From Thermoanaerobaculia bacterium (GTDB lineage: Bacteria; Acidobacteriota; Thermoanaerobaculia; UBA5066), in NCBI GenBank assembly GCA_963719225.1, contig CAVRAY010000002.1:352001-416000 (forward strand): DNA of 64,000 bases. The letters run 5' to 3'. Both the position numbers and the translations under genes were made by a program. Under the pieces are notes generated by a model. That model was not told the origin of the DNA and did no database searches. It saw only the letters and a list, made by a program, of their open reading frames with translations. This document shows, piece by piece, positions 10,771 through 20,464 of this stretch (within the stretch, counting starts at the first letter, position 1; every line of letters begins with the position of its first letter).

Positions 10771-11177
10771 TGCGGACCACCGGGATCCGGCTTCTCGTGT
10801 GTCTTTCGGCCGCGGCTCTCGGCTTCTTTCTCGGGGGTTGTCCTTCCAAGGACGACATGACCGGACCGAACGGACAGGCGAGCCCGACCCCGACGTCCAC
10901 GACCACCCCTCCCGTCTCCGTCTCGCCGCCGGGAACTCCGCCCTTCTCGACGCCGACTCCGACCGTGGTCTTCACCGGAACGCCGCCCACCGCGACGCCG
11001 ACGTCCGGGCTCGGATCGACGCCCGCGACGTTCACACCCACGGTTGCTCCGCCGACGCCGACGCCGGCCGGAACACCGACGGTGACGCCCGTACCGCCGA
11101 GCCCCACGGCGACGCCCTTTGCCGGCACGCCGACTGCGACCCCGTTCGGCGGCATTCCGACGCCGACTCCGGGCTGA
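10767..11177 (+). CDS. Pro/Thr-rich lipoprotein
   Basis: ATGA overlap with the upstream gene. Signal peptide with lipobox-like FLGG-C, followed almost entirely by PT/TP repeats. Confidence 0.7.
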   Translation: MMRTTGIRLLVCLSAAALGFFLGGCPSKDDMTGPNGQASPTPTSTTTPPVSVSPPGTPPFSTPTPTVVFTGTPPTATPTSGLGSTPATFTPTVAPPTPTPAGTPTVTPVPPSPTATPFAGTPTATPFGGIPTPTPG

Positions 11178-11206
11178 GAGGTCCTTCCTCGAGCGGTGAA
11201 GGGGGC

Positions 11207-11236
11207 AAGGGGGAAACACGACCGTGTTTCCCCCTT
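11207..11236. repeat. Perfect 14-bp inverted repeat between convergent genes (REP-like palindrome or terminator)
   Basis: AAGGGGGAAACACG-AC-CGTGTTTCCCCCTT. Confidence 0.7.
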
Positions 11237-11248
11237 CGCTCGCAGCTG

Positions 11249-12016
11249 CTAGCGCGCCTTACTCTGGCGCGTGCGAAGCACGCGGCGCGCTAGCGTGATC
11301 TCCCCGACGATCGCGCGCGCGGCCGCCGCGGGGTCTTTCGCGCCGGTGATCGGGCGCCCGACGACGAGAAGGTCCGCACCCGCGCGGACCGATTCCGAAG
11401 GCGTGGCGATACGGCGTTGATCGCCCGGAGCCGTGGCCTGGGGCCTCACGCCGGGCACGACGAGGAAGAAGTCCTCCCCACACGCCGCGCGGATCTCTCC
11501 GACCTCCTCGGCCGAGCAGACGACGCCGTCCAGGCCCGATTCTCTCGCGAGCGTCGCGAGTCGAAGCGCGGACGCGCGCGGTGAGCCTTCGAGACCGACG
11601 GCCCTGACCGCTGCCGCGTCGAGAGACGTGAGGATCGTCACGGCGACCAGCTTCGGCACCGGGAAGGCCCCTTTCGCGGCGGCATCGCGGGCCCCCTCGC
11701 CGAAGGCCTTCATCATCTCCGTCCCGCCGAGGGCATGGCAGTTCACGAGGGAGGCGCCTGTCCTCGCGGCGGCGGCGGCCGCCCGGGACACGGTGTTCGG
11801 GATGTCGTGGAGCTTGAGGTCGAGGAAGACCGGAGCGCCGAGAGCGACGACCTCCCGAACGATCCGGGGTCCTTCCGAGACGAAAGCCTGAAGGCCCAGC
11901 TTCAGGAAGCCGACCTCGGGAGCGAGCTTCTTCGCGACCGCGAGGATCTCGTCGCGGGCGTCCAGGTCCAGCGCGACGGCGAGAGACGCCCGGGCGTCGG
12001 GCATCCGGGTCGTCAT
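11249..12016 (-). CDS. pyrF: Orotidine-5'-phosphate decarboxylase
   Basis: [40 protein letters not shown] and [12 protein letters not shown] overlap with pyrD. Confidence 0.96.
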   Translation of the reverse strand: MTTRMPDARASLAVALDLDARDEILAVAKKLAPEVGFLKLGLQAFVSEGPRIVREVVALGAPVFLDLKLHDIPNTVSRAAAAAARTGASLVNCHALGGTEMMKAFGEGARDAAAKGAFPVPKLVAVTILTSLDAAAVRAVGLEGSPRASALRLATLARESGLDGVVCSAEEVGEIRAACGEDFFLVVPGVRPQATAPGDQRRIATPSESVRAGADLLVVGRPITGAKDPAAAARAIVGEITLARRVLRTRQSKAR

Positions 12017-12957
12017 GCGAACGCGTGGTCCTGGCGCGGGCGCGTCCGGAGCGTGCCGACGAGGTCGGACACGCGCGCGACGCGGTGCCGTTCGCACCAG
12101 AGCGCGAGCTCCCCGACGAGCCGGCCCGCGAGCGAGGGGTCGCGGAAGTTCGCGGTTCCGATCTGGACCGCATTCGCGCCCGCCACGAGGAACTCGACGA
12201 CGTTCTCGACCGTCTCGATCCCGCCCATCCCGAAAATCGGGATCTTGGGAAGGGCCGTTCTGACCTCCCACACCATGCGCAACGCGATCGGCCGGATCGC
12301 CGGGCCCGAGAGACCGCCAGTCGTGAACCCGATCTTCGGCTCGCGGCGTTCCAGGTCGATCGCGAGCCCGACGACGGTATTGATGAGGGAAAGCGCATCG
12401 GCCCCCGCATCCACGGCCGCCCGGGCGGACGCGACGATGTCGGTCACGTTCGGCGAGAGCTTCACGACGAGCGGATGGCGCGTCGCGGAACGGACCCTCT
12501 TCACGAGGGCGGCGAGCGCCTCGGGATTGTTCCCGAAGATCATGCCGCCCCGCACGACGTTCGGACATGAGACATTCACCTCGATCGCCGCCACGCGCCG
12601 CTCGTTGCCGATGCGCTCCACGACCGCGACGTAGTCCTCCTCGGTGTCGCCCCACACGTTCGCGATCACGGTCGCGCCGAGGCGTGCGAGCTCGGGGAGC
12701 TTTTCGGTGAGAAACGCGTCGATCCCCACGTTCTGCAGCCCGATCGCGTTCAGCATTCCGGCATCCGTCTCGCAGATCCTCGGGGGCGGGTTGCCGAGGC
12801 ATTCCCTCCGCGAGAGCCCCTTCACGGAAATCGCGCCGAGCGACGCGAGGTCGAGATAGTCGGTGAACTCGAGGCCGTAGCCGAACGTGCCGGACGCCGT
12901 CGCGATCGGATTCTTGAGGCGCAGCCGGCCGAAGGCCGTGGAGAGATCGACGGTCAT
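12013..12957 (-). CDS. pyrD: Dihydroorotate dehydrogenase 1B catalytic subunit
   Basis: [42 protein letters not shown] and [10 protein letters not shown]. Confidence 0.96.
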   Translation of the reverse strand: MTVDLSTAFGRLRLKNPIATASGTFGYGLEFTDYLDLASLGAISVKGLSRRECLGNPPPRICETDAGMLNAIGLQNVGIDAFLTEKLPELARLGATVIANVWGDTEEDYVAVVERIGNERRVAAIEVNVSCPNVVRGGMIFGNNPEALAALVKRVRSATRHPLVVKLSPNVTDIVASARAAVDAGADALSLINTVVGLAIDLERREPKIGFTTGGLSGPAIRPIALRMVWEVRTALPKIPIFGMGGIETVENVVEFLVAGANAVQIGTANFRDPSLAGRLVGELALWCERHRVARVSDLVGTLRTRPRQDHAFA

Positions 12958-12961
12958 GGGT

Positions 12962-13768
12962 TCACAGTCGCGTCCAATCGATCGCGGTGGGAGGTACGCA
13001 GGGGCCTTCCTTGCAGATCGTCGCGAAGCGGCCATCCGCCATCGGGACCACGCAGCCCAGGCAGACGCCGAAACCGCAGGCCATCTCGGATTCCATCGCG
13101 AACGAAGCCTCGAGGTTGGTCTCGTCGAGAAGCCGCGCGAGGGCGCGGAACATGGGCACGGGGCCGCAGGCATAGACGCGGCGATAACGCGCGCCCCCCT
13201 GGAGTGCGTGGTGGAGCAGCTCGGTCACACGCCCCTTCCGTCCGAGCGACCCGTCGTCCGTGGCGTAGCGGCAGCGGTGAGGCCCCAGGAAACGCTCGAA
13301 GTCGCCGCGTTTCAGGACGTCGTTTTCGTTCCGGCCGCCGTAGAAGAGATCCGCCCCGATACCCTGCGCCGCGAGTGTCCGCGCGAGAAGCACGAGGGGG
13401 GCGAGACCGATCCCGCCGGCGACGAGCGCGACGCGGTCCGCGGGCTGAAGGTCGTCGATCGGGAAAGGCACCCCCAGGGGACCGAGGACGGGAAGCGGCG
13501 TCCCTTCGGCGAAACGCGCGAGCGCGGCCGTTCCGACTCCCGCGATCTTGACGACGAACTCCATCGCGGGCACGCCCGCGAGCTTCGTGACGTCGGCGAT
13601 GGAGAACGCGCGCCGGAGGTACGGGCGCAGGCCCTCGCCGGCCTGGATCATGGCGAAATGACCCGGTTGCGTCCGCGCGCCGATCGAGCCGGCCGAGAGG
13701 AACAGGGAATAGTGCTGGTCGTCGTAGTGGATCGTCTTGAGGACGCGGAGCGATTCGTTGACGGGCAT
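12962..13768 (-). CDS. pyrK: Dihydroorotate dehydrogenase electron transfer subunit
   Basis: LRRAFSI, AGGIGLAP, YACGP and the MACGFGVCLGC...CKEGP 2Fe-2S motif. Adjacent to pyrD. Confidence 0.93.
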   Translation of the reverse strand: MPVNESLRVLKTIHYDDQHYSLFLSAGSIGARTQPGHFAMIQAGEGLRPYLRRAFSIADVTKLAGVPAMEFVVKIAGVGTAALARFAEGTPLPVLGPLGVPFPIDDLQPADRVALVAGGIGLAPLVLLARTLAAQGIGADLFYGGRNENDVLKRGDFERFLGPHRCRYATDDGSLGRKGRVTELLHHALQGGARYRRVYACGPVPMFRALARLLDETNLEASFAMESEMACGFGVCLGCVVPMADGRFATICKEGPCVPPTAIDWTRL

Positions 13769-13801
13769 CAGGAAGGAGGCGAGACTCGCCGGGCGCGGAT
13801 T

Positions 13802-15466
13802 ATGAGCGAGGGACGACCGGTGTACCACCTCCCTCTCGCGGGTGCGCTCGCGGGCCTCGCAGCGGGCGATCTCCTGCTGGGCCTCAATCCGGAGCTTTCG
13901 GACGCTCTCTCGGCGGCGCGACTCCTTCTCGTCGCCGCCTCGAGCGGGGCCTGTCTCGCCTTGCCGGTCCTTCTCCTGCCGCGCGCGCGGCGTTCCTCTC
14001 GCGCCGGCGCGGCCTGGAGCGCGGGCGCCCTCGCGGTGTTCGGCGTCTTCGTCGAGTTCCAAAGGCAGGCGCTCCACGACTTCGTGCCCGCGGGAGGTCG
14101 GCGCGTCCTCGTCGCGACGGCGGTGGCGGCCTTCCTCTCCGCCGGCGCTCTCGCCGCGGGCGCCAGGAGCGGCGGGGGGACCGCACGAACCCTTTCGATC
14201 CCGATCGTCCTCTTCCTCCTGCCGCCCCTCGCGCTCCGGCATGCCCCGGAACGGCGGTCCGAGGTCACGCCCCCGGACACGCTGCGCGTCCCGCGGCGGA
14301 ATCTTCTCGTCGTCGGGCTCGAGGGCGCCTCCTGGGGTCTCCTCACGACCTACGCCTCCGAGGGTGCCATGCCGGTCGTCGCGCGGCTCCTGCGCGAAGG
14401 CGCCGCAGGGCCGCTCGCGGCGCTCGCTCCGTACGATCGTGCCGCGCTCTGGACGACGGCGGCGACCGGCAAGAAGCCGCTGAAGCATGGTGTCGTCTCC
14501 TCGCGACGCTGGAGGACTCCCGCGGGCTCCCTTCGGCTCCTGCCCGTTCTGCCCGGATCTCCGGTTCCCGGAGGCGAACGGTCGGGCATCGATGCTTCGG
14601 CCGGCCGCCGCAGCCTGACGTTCTGGGAGATCCTCGCGTCTCGTGGTCACGAGGCGGCCGTTCTCGACTGGCCTGCGTCGTCTCCGGCGCGCGAGGGCCT
14701 CGTCCTGTGGGCGAGCGACGCCTTTTTCGACGGCGACGCAAGCGCCGCTGCCGCGCGTCCTCCGAAAGCCGCCCAGCGGGCCCGACTTTTCCGCGTGGCG
14801 CCCAGCGGGCTCGATCGACCGCTCGCTCGGTCGCTCGTGCCGCGGGGCGTCGAGGGAGACGAGGCCCGGCTCGATCCGCTGCGCGGGGCGGCGCGCGACC
14901 TGTCGGTGGCCGGGGCCGCTCTCGCCGCGCTGCCGCAGGGCCCGCTCAACGTTTCGGCGCTCGTCCTTTCCGGTCTCGCCGAGGCGGGGGCGCTCTCGGG
15001 CGCCGCGGAGAACGCCCGCTACTGGGGATTCTCCTTTCCGGAAAAGGAAGCCGAAGCCAGAGCCGCGGCGCTGCGCGCCTATTACCGTTTTCTCGACGAC
15101 CTTCTCGGGGAGATTCTCGAGCGCGAAGGGAAGGAGCGCACCATCTGCCTCTTCGCTCCCGTGGGATGGGGGCCGCCGCCCACGCTCGAGGCGATCTCGC
15201 TCTTCCTGCGCGGGCAGCGGCCCGCGGCGAGCCCCGACGCCGCGCGGGACGGCTTCGTCCTTTTCGCGGGAGCCGGCGTCCGGTCGGGCGTGCGTCTCAC
15301 GTCCGCGACCGTCCTCGATCTCGCGCCGACTCTGCTCGTCCTCGCCGGGGAGCCCCTCGCCCGCGACATGGACGGGCGCGTCCTCGCCGAGGTCTTCGAC
15401 GAGCGTTTCACGGAGTCGGAGAGCGTTCCGATCGTGGCGACGTTCGAGGAGTCGGGGCCGCAGTGA
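13802..15466 (+). CDS. Membrane-anchored alkaline-phosphatase-superfamily (nucleotide pyrophosphatase-like) protein with degenerate active site
   Basis: About 5 N-terminal TM helices, then LLVVGLEGASW, LWTTAATGK..KHGV, YYRFLDDLLG and DLAPTLL..G...DMDGRVL. Confidence 0.75.
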   Translation: MSEGRPVYHLPLAGALAGLAAGDLLLGLNPELSDALSAARLLLVAASSGACLALPVLLLPRARRSSRAGAAWSAGALAVFGVFVEFQRQALHDFVPAGGRRVLVATAVAAFLSAGALAAGARSGGGTARTLSIPIVLFLLPPLALRHAPERRSEVTPPDTLRVPRRNLLVVGLEGASWGLLTTYASEGAMPVVARLLREGAAGPLAALAPYDRAALWTTAATGKKPLKHGVVSSRRWRTPAGSLRLLPVLPGSPVPGGERSGIDASAGRRSLTFWEILASRGHEAAVLDWPASSPAREGLVLWASDAFFDGDASAAAARPPKAAQRARLFRVAPSGLDRPLARSLVPRGVEGDEARLDPLRGAARDLSVAGAALAALPQGPLNVSALVLSGLAEAGALSGAAENARYWGFSFPEKEAEARAAALRAYYRFLDDLLGEILEREGKERTICLFAPVGWGPPPTLEAISLFLRGQRPAASPDAARDGFVLFAGAGVRSGVRLTSATVLDLAPTLLVLAGEPLARDMDGRVLAEVFDERFTESESVPIVATFEESGPQ

Positions 15467-17319
15467 ACGACGCGGAAAAAAGAACGCGCGCCGTCATCCT
15501 CATCGTTCTCGCCGCCCTCGGCGTCTTCCTGCGCGTCGTCAAGGCGGGGGACTGGCCCCGAGGGCCATGGATCGACGAGCTCTACTTCGTGCGCGCCGCG
15601 CGCCTTGCGGTCGTCGCGGATTCTTGGTCCCTCTTCGGCACGACGCCGATGCAGCCTACGGACTTTCTCTTCTCGAACGGCTGGCGGTACTACCCGACCA
15701 ACCTCTTTCTGCTTCCCCTCGCGGCCGCCGACCGGCTTGCCGGCGGGGGCATGGCCTCCGTCCGCCTCATCGCGCTCGGTTCCGGCGTCCTCTTGTTCCT
15801 CGCGTCACTCGCGCTCGCGAGAGAGGCCGCGAGCGAGAGGCCGCGCGCGTTCCTGCCGGCGGCCGTCCTCCTCGCGACGTCGCTCTGGATGCTGACGCAG
15901 GCGAGGTGGGCGAGCGACGTCGTCCTCACGTCGGCGGTCGTGACGGCGGCGGGGGCGGCAGGTCTGAGAGCGTGGAGGCGCTCCTCTCCGGCGTGGGCGA
16001 TCACGTCGGGAGCCCTGTTCGGCCTCGGGGCGGCGGGCTATCCTTCGGCGCGACTCTCCCTCGTGCTGCCGGCGGCTCTCTTGGTCGTCGCCTGGGTCAA
16101 GGGCCATCGCGTCGTCCGCCGCCTGGCGCTCGTCGCACTTCTCGCGGAAATCGCCATCATCGCGCCCCTGGCAGTCACGTACGCGCGGCACCCTGAGCGC
16201 TTGACGGCGCACGTGAGGGATCTCTCGATCCTTTCCCGTCCCCCGGGGGAAGCGCAGCGGGCGTTTTTCGCGAACGTGCGCGACTACGCGGCGCTCTTCT
16301 TCGTGCGCGGGGACGTCCTTCCCCGACACGGCGATCCCGACCGGCCGGTCGTCCTCGCGGGCGTGGGCGCTCTCCTCGTCCTCGGGGCCGCGGCCGGCGT
16401 GTCACGTCACGGCGTCGAGCGGCTCTGCCTCCTCCCGATCGCGGTCTTTCTCGCGGGCGGTCTCCTCGCGCGCGACACGGAAAGCGCGAACGCGAGCCGG
16501 ATCTCGCTCGCGTCTCCCTTCGTCCTCACGCTCGCGGCGCTCGGAGCCGCCGCTCTCGTGGAGACGCTCCCGCCGCGCGACCGGCGGGCGGGGACGGCAG
16601 CCGTTCTGGGCCTCGTCGGCGTGACGGCCCTGCTCGACGTGACGGGTTTCGTCCGCTGGGTCACGGGGGCGCATGTCGAGAACAGCTTCGGCGTCTCGGA
16701 GCGGCGCCTCGCCGAGGCGATCGAAATCGAACGGCACCGCTCTCCAGCCGAGGTCCTCGTACACCCGGTCCGTGCCGCGCGGAACGTGTACTTCGTCGAC
16801 GTTCTTCTCGGCCGCCCGGGCGACGGCGGGAGCCATGCCGTTGGGATTGGAACGGCGGGCATCGAGACGGCCTGGACCCGCGTCCCTCAAGCGGACGTTC
16901 TCTTCGCGGCGGACGGAGCTCCCGAGGTCCGAGGGACGATGGCGAGCCTGGGAGCAACGCTCGTCGCCCACGCGAGTCCCGGGGAAGGCGGGTTGCCGTG
17001 GGTGCTCTATCGGATTCCACGCGAGGCCGCTCTGCGCGCGGCCGAGCGGGCTCTCCGCGACGCGGTCCCGATGCCCGCCGCGGGAGGAAACTTTTTCGCT
17101 CCCGAAGACGGCCTCTACGTGCTCGCGACACAAGGCGGAATGCAGGTTGCGCTCGACGGGCGCGTGCTTCTCCATGGGAACGCCGGGGGACACGTCGTTC
17201 TGCGTCTCGCGAAGGGATGGCATCTTCTCGTCGCCGACCGGCGGCGACCCGCGGCGGGCCTCCGTGTCGTGGCGCCGAGCGGGTTCGCACTGCCGATGGA
17301 AGAGCTGGATCCGCCGTAA
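15463..17319 (+). CDS. GT-C fold (GT39/ArnT-like) membrane glycosyltransferase with partial PA14-like tail
   Basis: GTGA overlap with the upstream gene. Acidic first-loop motif PWIDE and many TM helices. C-terminal APEDGLY...VALDGR. Confidence 0.7.
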   Translation: MNDAEKRTRAVILIVLAALGVFLRVVKAGDWPRGPWIDELYFVRAARLAVVADSWSLFGTTPMQPTDFLFSNGWRYYPTNLFLLPLAAADRLAGGGMASVRLIALGSGVLLFLASLALAREAASERPRAFLPAAVLLATSLWMLTQARWASDVVLTSAVVTAAGAAGLRAWRRSSPAWAITSGALFGLGAAGYPSARLSLVLPAALLVVAWVKGHRVVRRLALVALLAEIAIIAPLAVTYARHPERLTAHVRDLSILSRPPGEAQRAFFANVRDYAALFFVRGDVLPRHGDPDRPVVLAGVGALLVLGAAAGVSRHGVERLCLLPIAVFLAGGLLARDTESANASRISLASPFVLTLAALGAAALVETLPPRDRRAGTAAVLGLVGVTALLDVTGFVRWVTGAHVENSFGVSERRLAEAIEIERHRSPAEVLVHPVRAARNVYFVDVLLGRPGDGGSHAVGIGTAGIETAWTRVPQADVLFAADGAPEVRGTMASLGATLVAHASPGEGGLPWVLYRIPREAALRAAERALRDAVPMPAAGGNFFAPEDGLYVLATQGGMQVALDGRVLLHGNAGGHVVLRLAKGWHLLVADRRRPAAGLRVVAPSGFALPMEELDPP

Positions 17320-17323
17320 GGAA

Positions 17324-18253
17324 TCAGACCGCCAGGGCCAGGGCGAGCGCCTCGTGGAACGCGGCGGGCGTCTCGAGCGGCCCATCATGTCCCGCGCCCG
17401 GGAGGACGACGAGTCGCGGCTCCCGCATCCGCGCGGCGGCCGCGCGGGCGATCCCGAGCGGAAAAAGCGTCTCCCTCTCTCCCCAGATCAGAGTCGTTCC
17501 TGCCGGCAGCTCACCGAGGTGCTCGTAGAGGCCGTCGGCCTCGCTCAGTCTCGCGACCGTGGCGGCTGCGGCTCCGCCGCCGTAGTTTCGGCCGAAAGCA
17601 TCGAGAACGAAGCCCAGAGAGGGTGCGGGCTTCCGGAAGAAGAGGAGATCGAAGATGCGGCGGGCCCCCGCGCGGTCCAGGGGCAGGACGCGTGCGCGCT
17701 CGGCGTCGACGTCGGAGGGAATCGAGAGACCACCCGCGTCCACGAGGACGAGGTGGCCCGTCTTCCGAGGAAATTTCAGCGCGTACCACCCCGCCGTCCA
17801 GCCGCCGAGGGAGTGACCGACGAGATCGAATTTCTCGAGCGCCAGCGCGCGCGCGAGAGAATCGAGCGCCTCGAGGCGGCCCGCGAGCCCGTAGCCCGCC
17901 GCGTCCCGCGGCGGGTCGCTCCGGCCCGATCCCGGCCCGTCCGGCAGAATCACGGTGCGGCCGCGCCGGGCGAGAAAGCGCGCCGCATCCGCCCAGTACG
18001 TCGCATCGGCGCCGAGGCCGTGGAGCAAGACGACCGGCCGCTCGGCCGAAAGCGGCCCGAGGACGAACGCCGACAGAGTCGTTCCATCGTCGGCCGCGAA
18101 CACCTCGCGCCTGGCGCCGGCGAAAGCCAGCCGCGTCTCCTGGATCGAGCGGTAGACGGGCAGCGGATCCACCGCGACGGCCCCGAAGAGAAAACAGAAC
18201 GAAAATGCTATTGCACCCAGGACGGCAAGGCGAAGCGACCGCCGCGAACTCAT
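17324..18253 (-). CDS. Alpha/beta hydrolase with N-terminal membrane anchor or signal peptide
   Basis: VVLLHGLG, GHSLGG nucleophile elbow, LIWGERE and GAGH. Confidence 0.88.
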   Translation of the reverse strand: MSSRRSLRLAVLGAIAFSFCFLFGAVAVDPLPVYRSIQETRLAFAGARREVFAADDGTTLSAFVLGPLSAERPVVLLHGLGADATYWADAARFLARRGRTVILPDGPGSGRSDPPRDAAGYGLAGRLEALDSLARALALEKFDLVGHSLGGWTAGWYALKFPRKTGHLVLVDAGGLSIPSDVDAERARVLPLDRAGARRIFDLLFFRKPAPSLGFVLDAFGRNYGGGAAAATVARLSEADGLYEHLGELPAGTTLIWGERETLFPLGIARAAAARMREPRLVVLPGAGHDGPLETPAAFHEALALALAV

Positions 18254-18261
18254 CTAAGAAA

Positions 18262-18286
18262 TCTTCTCTTCTCTTCTCTTCTCTTC
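18262..18286. repeat. (TCTTC)5 simple sequence repeat
   Basis: Five perfect pentamers fill most of the gap between the E1 stop and the hydrolase start. Confidence 0.85.
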
Positions 18287-20422
18287 CTAGTACGCGACGA
18301 GGTCGCGGAGCGCCGCGAGGATGTCCGCGCTCTGCGGGAGCGTGGCGTCCTCGAGCTGCGGCGCGTAACCGCAGAACACGTCCTTTGCGGCGACGCGGCG
18401 CACGGGGGCGTCGAGCCAGGCGAAGAGCTCGTCGGCGGCGCGCGCGGCGATCTCGGCGCCGAAGCCGTGCGTCTGCCAGTCCTCGTGCACGACGAGGAGC
18501 CGGTTCGTCCGCTTCACGCTTTCCGCGATGGCCGCGAAGTCGTAGGGCGCGAGGGAGCGCAAGTCGAGGATCTCCGCCTCCTTGCCGTCCTCCTCCGAGA
18601 GCCGGGCCGCCGCGACCGCGCTCCGGAAGACCGTGGCGCCGTACGTGACGACCGTGACGTCCGACCCGGGCCTCACGGTCTTCGCCTTGCCGAACGGGAT
18701 CATGAAATCCGGACCCGGATAGCGTCCCTTGTTGTGCGTCTGGCGATAGAGGTGCTTGTGCTCGAGGAAGAGCACGGGATCGTCGCAGCGGATCGCGGTC
18801 CTCAGGAGGCCGTTCGCGTCGAGGGCGTTCGACGGCATCACGACGCGGAGGCCCGGGATGTGCGTGAAGGTCACTTCTCCCGACTGCGAGTGGTATGGCC
18901 CGCCGCCGGTGAGGTATCCGCCGATCGCCACCCGGATGACGACACCGGCGCGGAACGCTCCGCCCGAGCGCCAGCGGGTCGTGGCGAGCTCGTCGCGGAT
19001 CTCGAGCATCGCGGGCCAGATGTAGTCGAAGAACTGGATCTCGACGACGGGCTTCAGCCCGCGGGCGGCCCATCCGATCGCGCGTCCGACGATGCCCGCC
19101 TCGGCGAGCGGGGAATTGAAGACACGCGCCGCCCCGAATTCCTTCTGGAGGCCGGCCGTCACCTTGAAGACGCCGCCCTTGCCCTTGCACTCGTCGAGGA
19201 CGTCGGCGCGGGTCGCGTCGGCCACGTCCTCGCCCCACATCGCGATGCGTCGGTCGCGCGCCATCTCGTCGCGAAGGGCGGCATTGACGAGGTCCACCAT
19301 CGTCGTCGGCTCTCCCGTGAAGGCGGGCGCGTCTTCCGTGTCGAAGGCTTTGGATGTCGGGTCCACGTCGGGCGAATAGATGTTGGCGTAAACCGCGTCC
19401 GCCGCGGGCTGGGCCCGCCCGGCGGCCTCGTCCGCCGCGGCGTTCACCTCGGCGGCAACGTCCTCGCGCAGCTTCGCGAGGTCCTCGGCCGTGGCGAGCC
19501 CCGCCTGCTCCAGAAAGGCCGCGAAGAGCTCCAGCGGGTCGCGTTCGTGGTCCTTCTTTCGCTCGGCCTCGGGACGATAGAGCTTCTCGTCGTCGGAGAG
19601 GGAATGCGAGTAGGGGCGGATGACGTGCGCATGGACGAGAGACGGCCCCTTCCGATCGCGCGCGTACGCGAACGCGTAACGCATGGCGTCGTAGGAGGCC
19701 AGAAAATCGCACCCGTCCGTCTCGGCGACGAAGAGGCCCGGATACGACCGCACGAGCTTCGAGATGGAGCCGCCGGGCGTCTGCACCTCGACCGGCACCG
19801 AGATCGCGTAGCCGTTGTCCTCCACGACGAAGACGACGGGGAGCTTCAGGGTGCATGCCGAGTTCAGCGCCTCCCAGAACTCGCCTTCCGAGGTGGAGCC
19901 CTCTCCGATCGTGATGACGACGACTTCGTCCGAAGCCGCGTGCGCGATCGCGCCGGCGAGGGTTGTGGCCTCCTCGCGCTGGAGATATCGGCCGGCCTCC
20001 GCCGCGCCGACCCCCGGCAGGCATTCGGTGCTCGTGGGCGACGAGGTCGTGAAGATACGCAACGGGGCCGCGCCCCAGTGAGAAGGCATCTGCCGCCCCG
20101 CGGAGGCCGGGTCGTCCGCCGCGCCGAACGCCTGCAGGAACATGTCCCGAGGCGTCACGCCCAGGCCGAGGCAGAGCGCGCGGTCGCGGTAGTACGGGAA
20201 GAGCCAGTCCGAGCCTTTCCGCATGTGAAGCGCGATCGCCGTCTGGATCGCTTCGTGCCCGGCGCCGCTGATCTGGAAGAAGATCCTGTTCTGGCGCTTG
20301 AGCTGGATCTCCTTGTCGTCGATCCGGCGGGAGGTGACCATGTTCCGGTACACCCGGATGAGTTCGTCGCGCGAAAGCCCCTCGTAGGAGTCCGCTTTCG
20401 GCGGCGCGATTTCCGTCGCCAT
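18287..20422 (-). CDS. 2-oxoacid dehydrogenase E1, fused alpha/beta (branched-chain type)
   Basis: [19 protein letters not shown] and the TPP motif GEGSTSEG...EDNGYAIS. The beta part has [29 protein letters not shown] and LEHKHLY. Confidence 0.93.
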   Translation of the reverse strand: MATEIAPPKADSYEGLSRDELIRVYRNMVTSRRIDDKEIQLKRQNRIFFQISGAGHEAIQTAIALHMRKGSDWLFPYYRDRALCLGLGVTPRDMFLQAFGAADDPASAGRQMPSHWGAAPLRIFTTSSPTSTECLPGVGAAEAGRYLQREEATTLAGAIAHAASDEVVVITIGEGSTSEGEFWEALNSACTLKLPVVFVVEDNGYAISVPVEVQTPGGSISKLVRSYPGLFVAETDGCDFLASYDAMRYAFAYARDRKGPSLVHAHVIRPYSHSLSDDEKLYRPEAERKKDHERDPLELFAAFLEQAGLATAEDLAKLREDVAAEVNAAADEAAGRAQPAADAVYANIYSPDVDPTSKAFDTEDAPAFTGEPTTMVDLVNAALRDEMARDRRIAMWGEDVADATRADVLDECKGKGGVFKVTAGLQKEFGAARVFNSPLAEAGIVGRAIGWAARGLKPVVEIQFFDYIWPAMLEIRDELATTRWRSGGAFRAGVVIRVAIGGYLTGGGPYHSQSGEVTFTHIPGLRVVMPSNALDANGLLRTAIRCDDPVLFLEHKHLYRQTHNKGRYPGPDFMIPFGKAKTVRPGSDVTVVTYGATVFRSAVAAARLSEEDGKEAEILDLRSLAPYDFAAIAESVKRTNRLLVVHEDWQTHGFGAEIAARAADELFAWLDAPVRRVAAKDVFCGYAPQLEDATLPQSADILAALRDLVAY

Positions 20423-20464
20423 CGAGAGGAGATTACCGGAAAAAGCCGCGCCCGAGACGCCGCG

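Noticed and set aside
10870-11175. Repetitive DNA resembling a tandem array or CRISPR
   Set aside because: The repetition is explained by Pro/Thr codons. There is no constant repeat-spacer structure and no cas genes.
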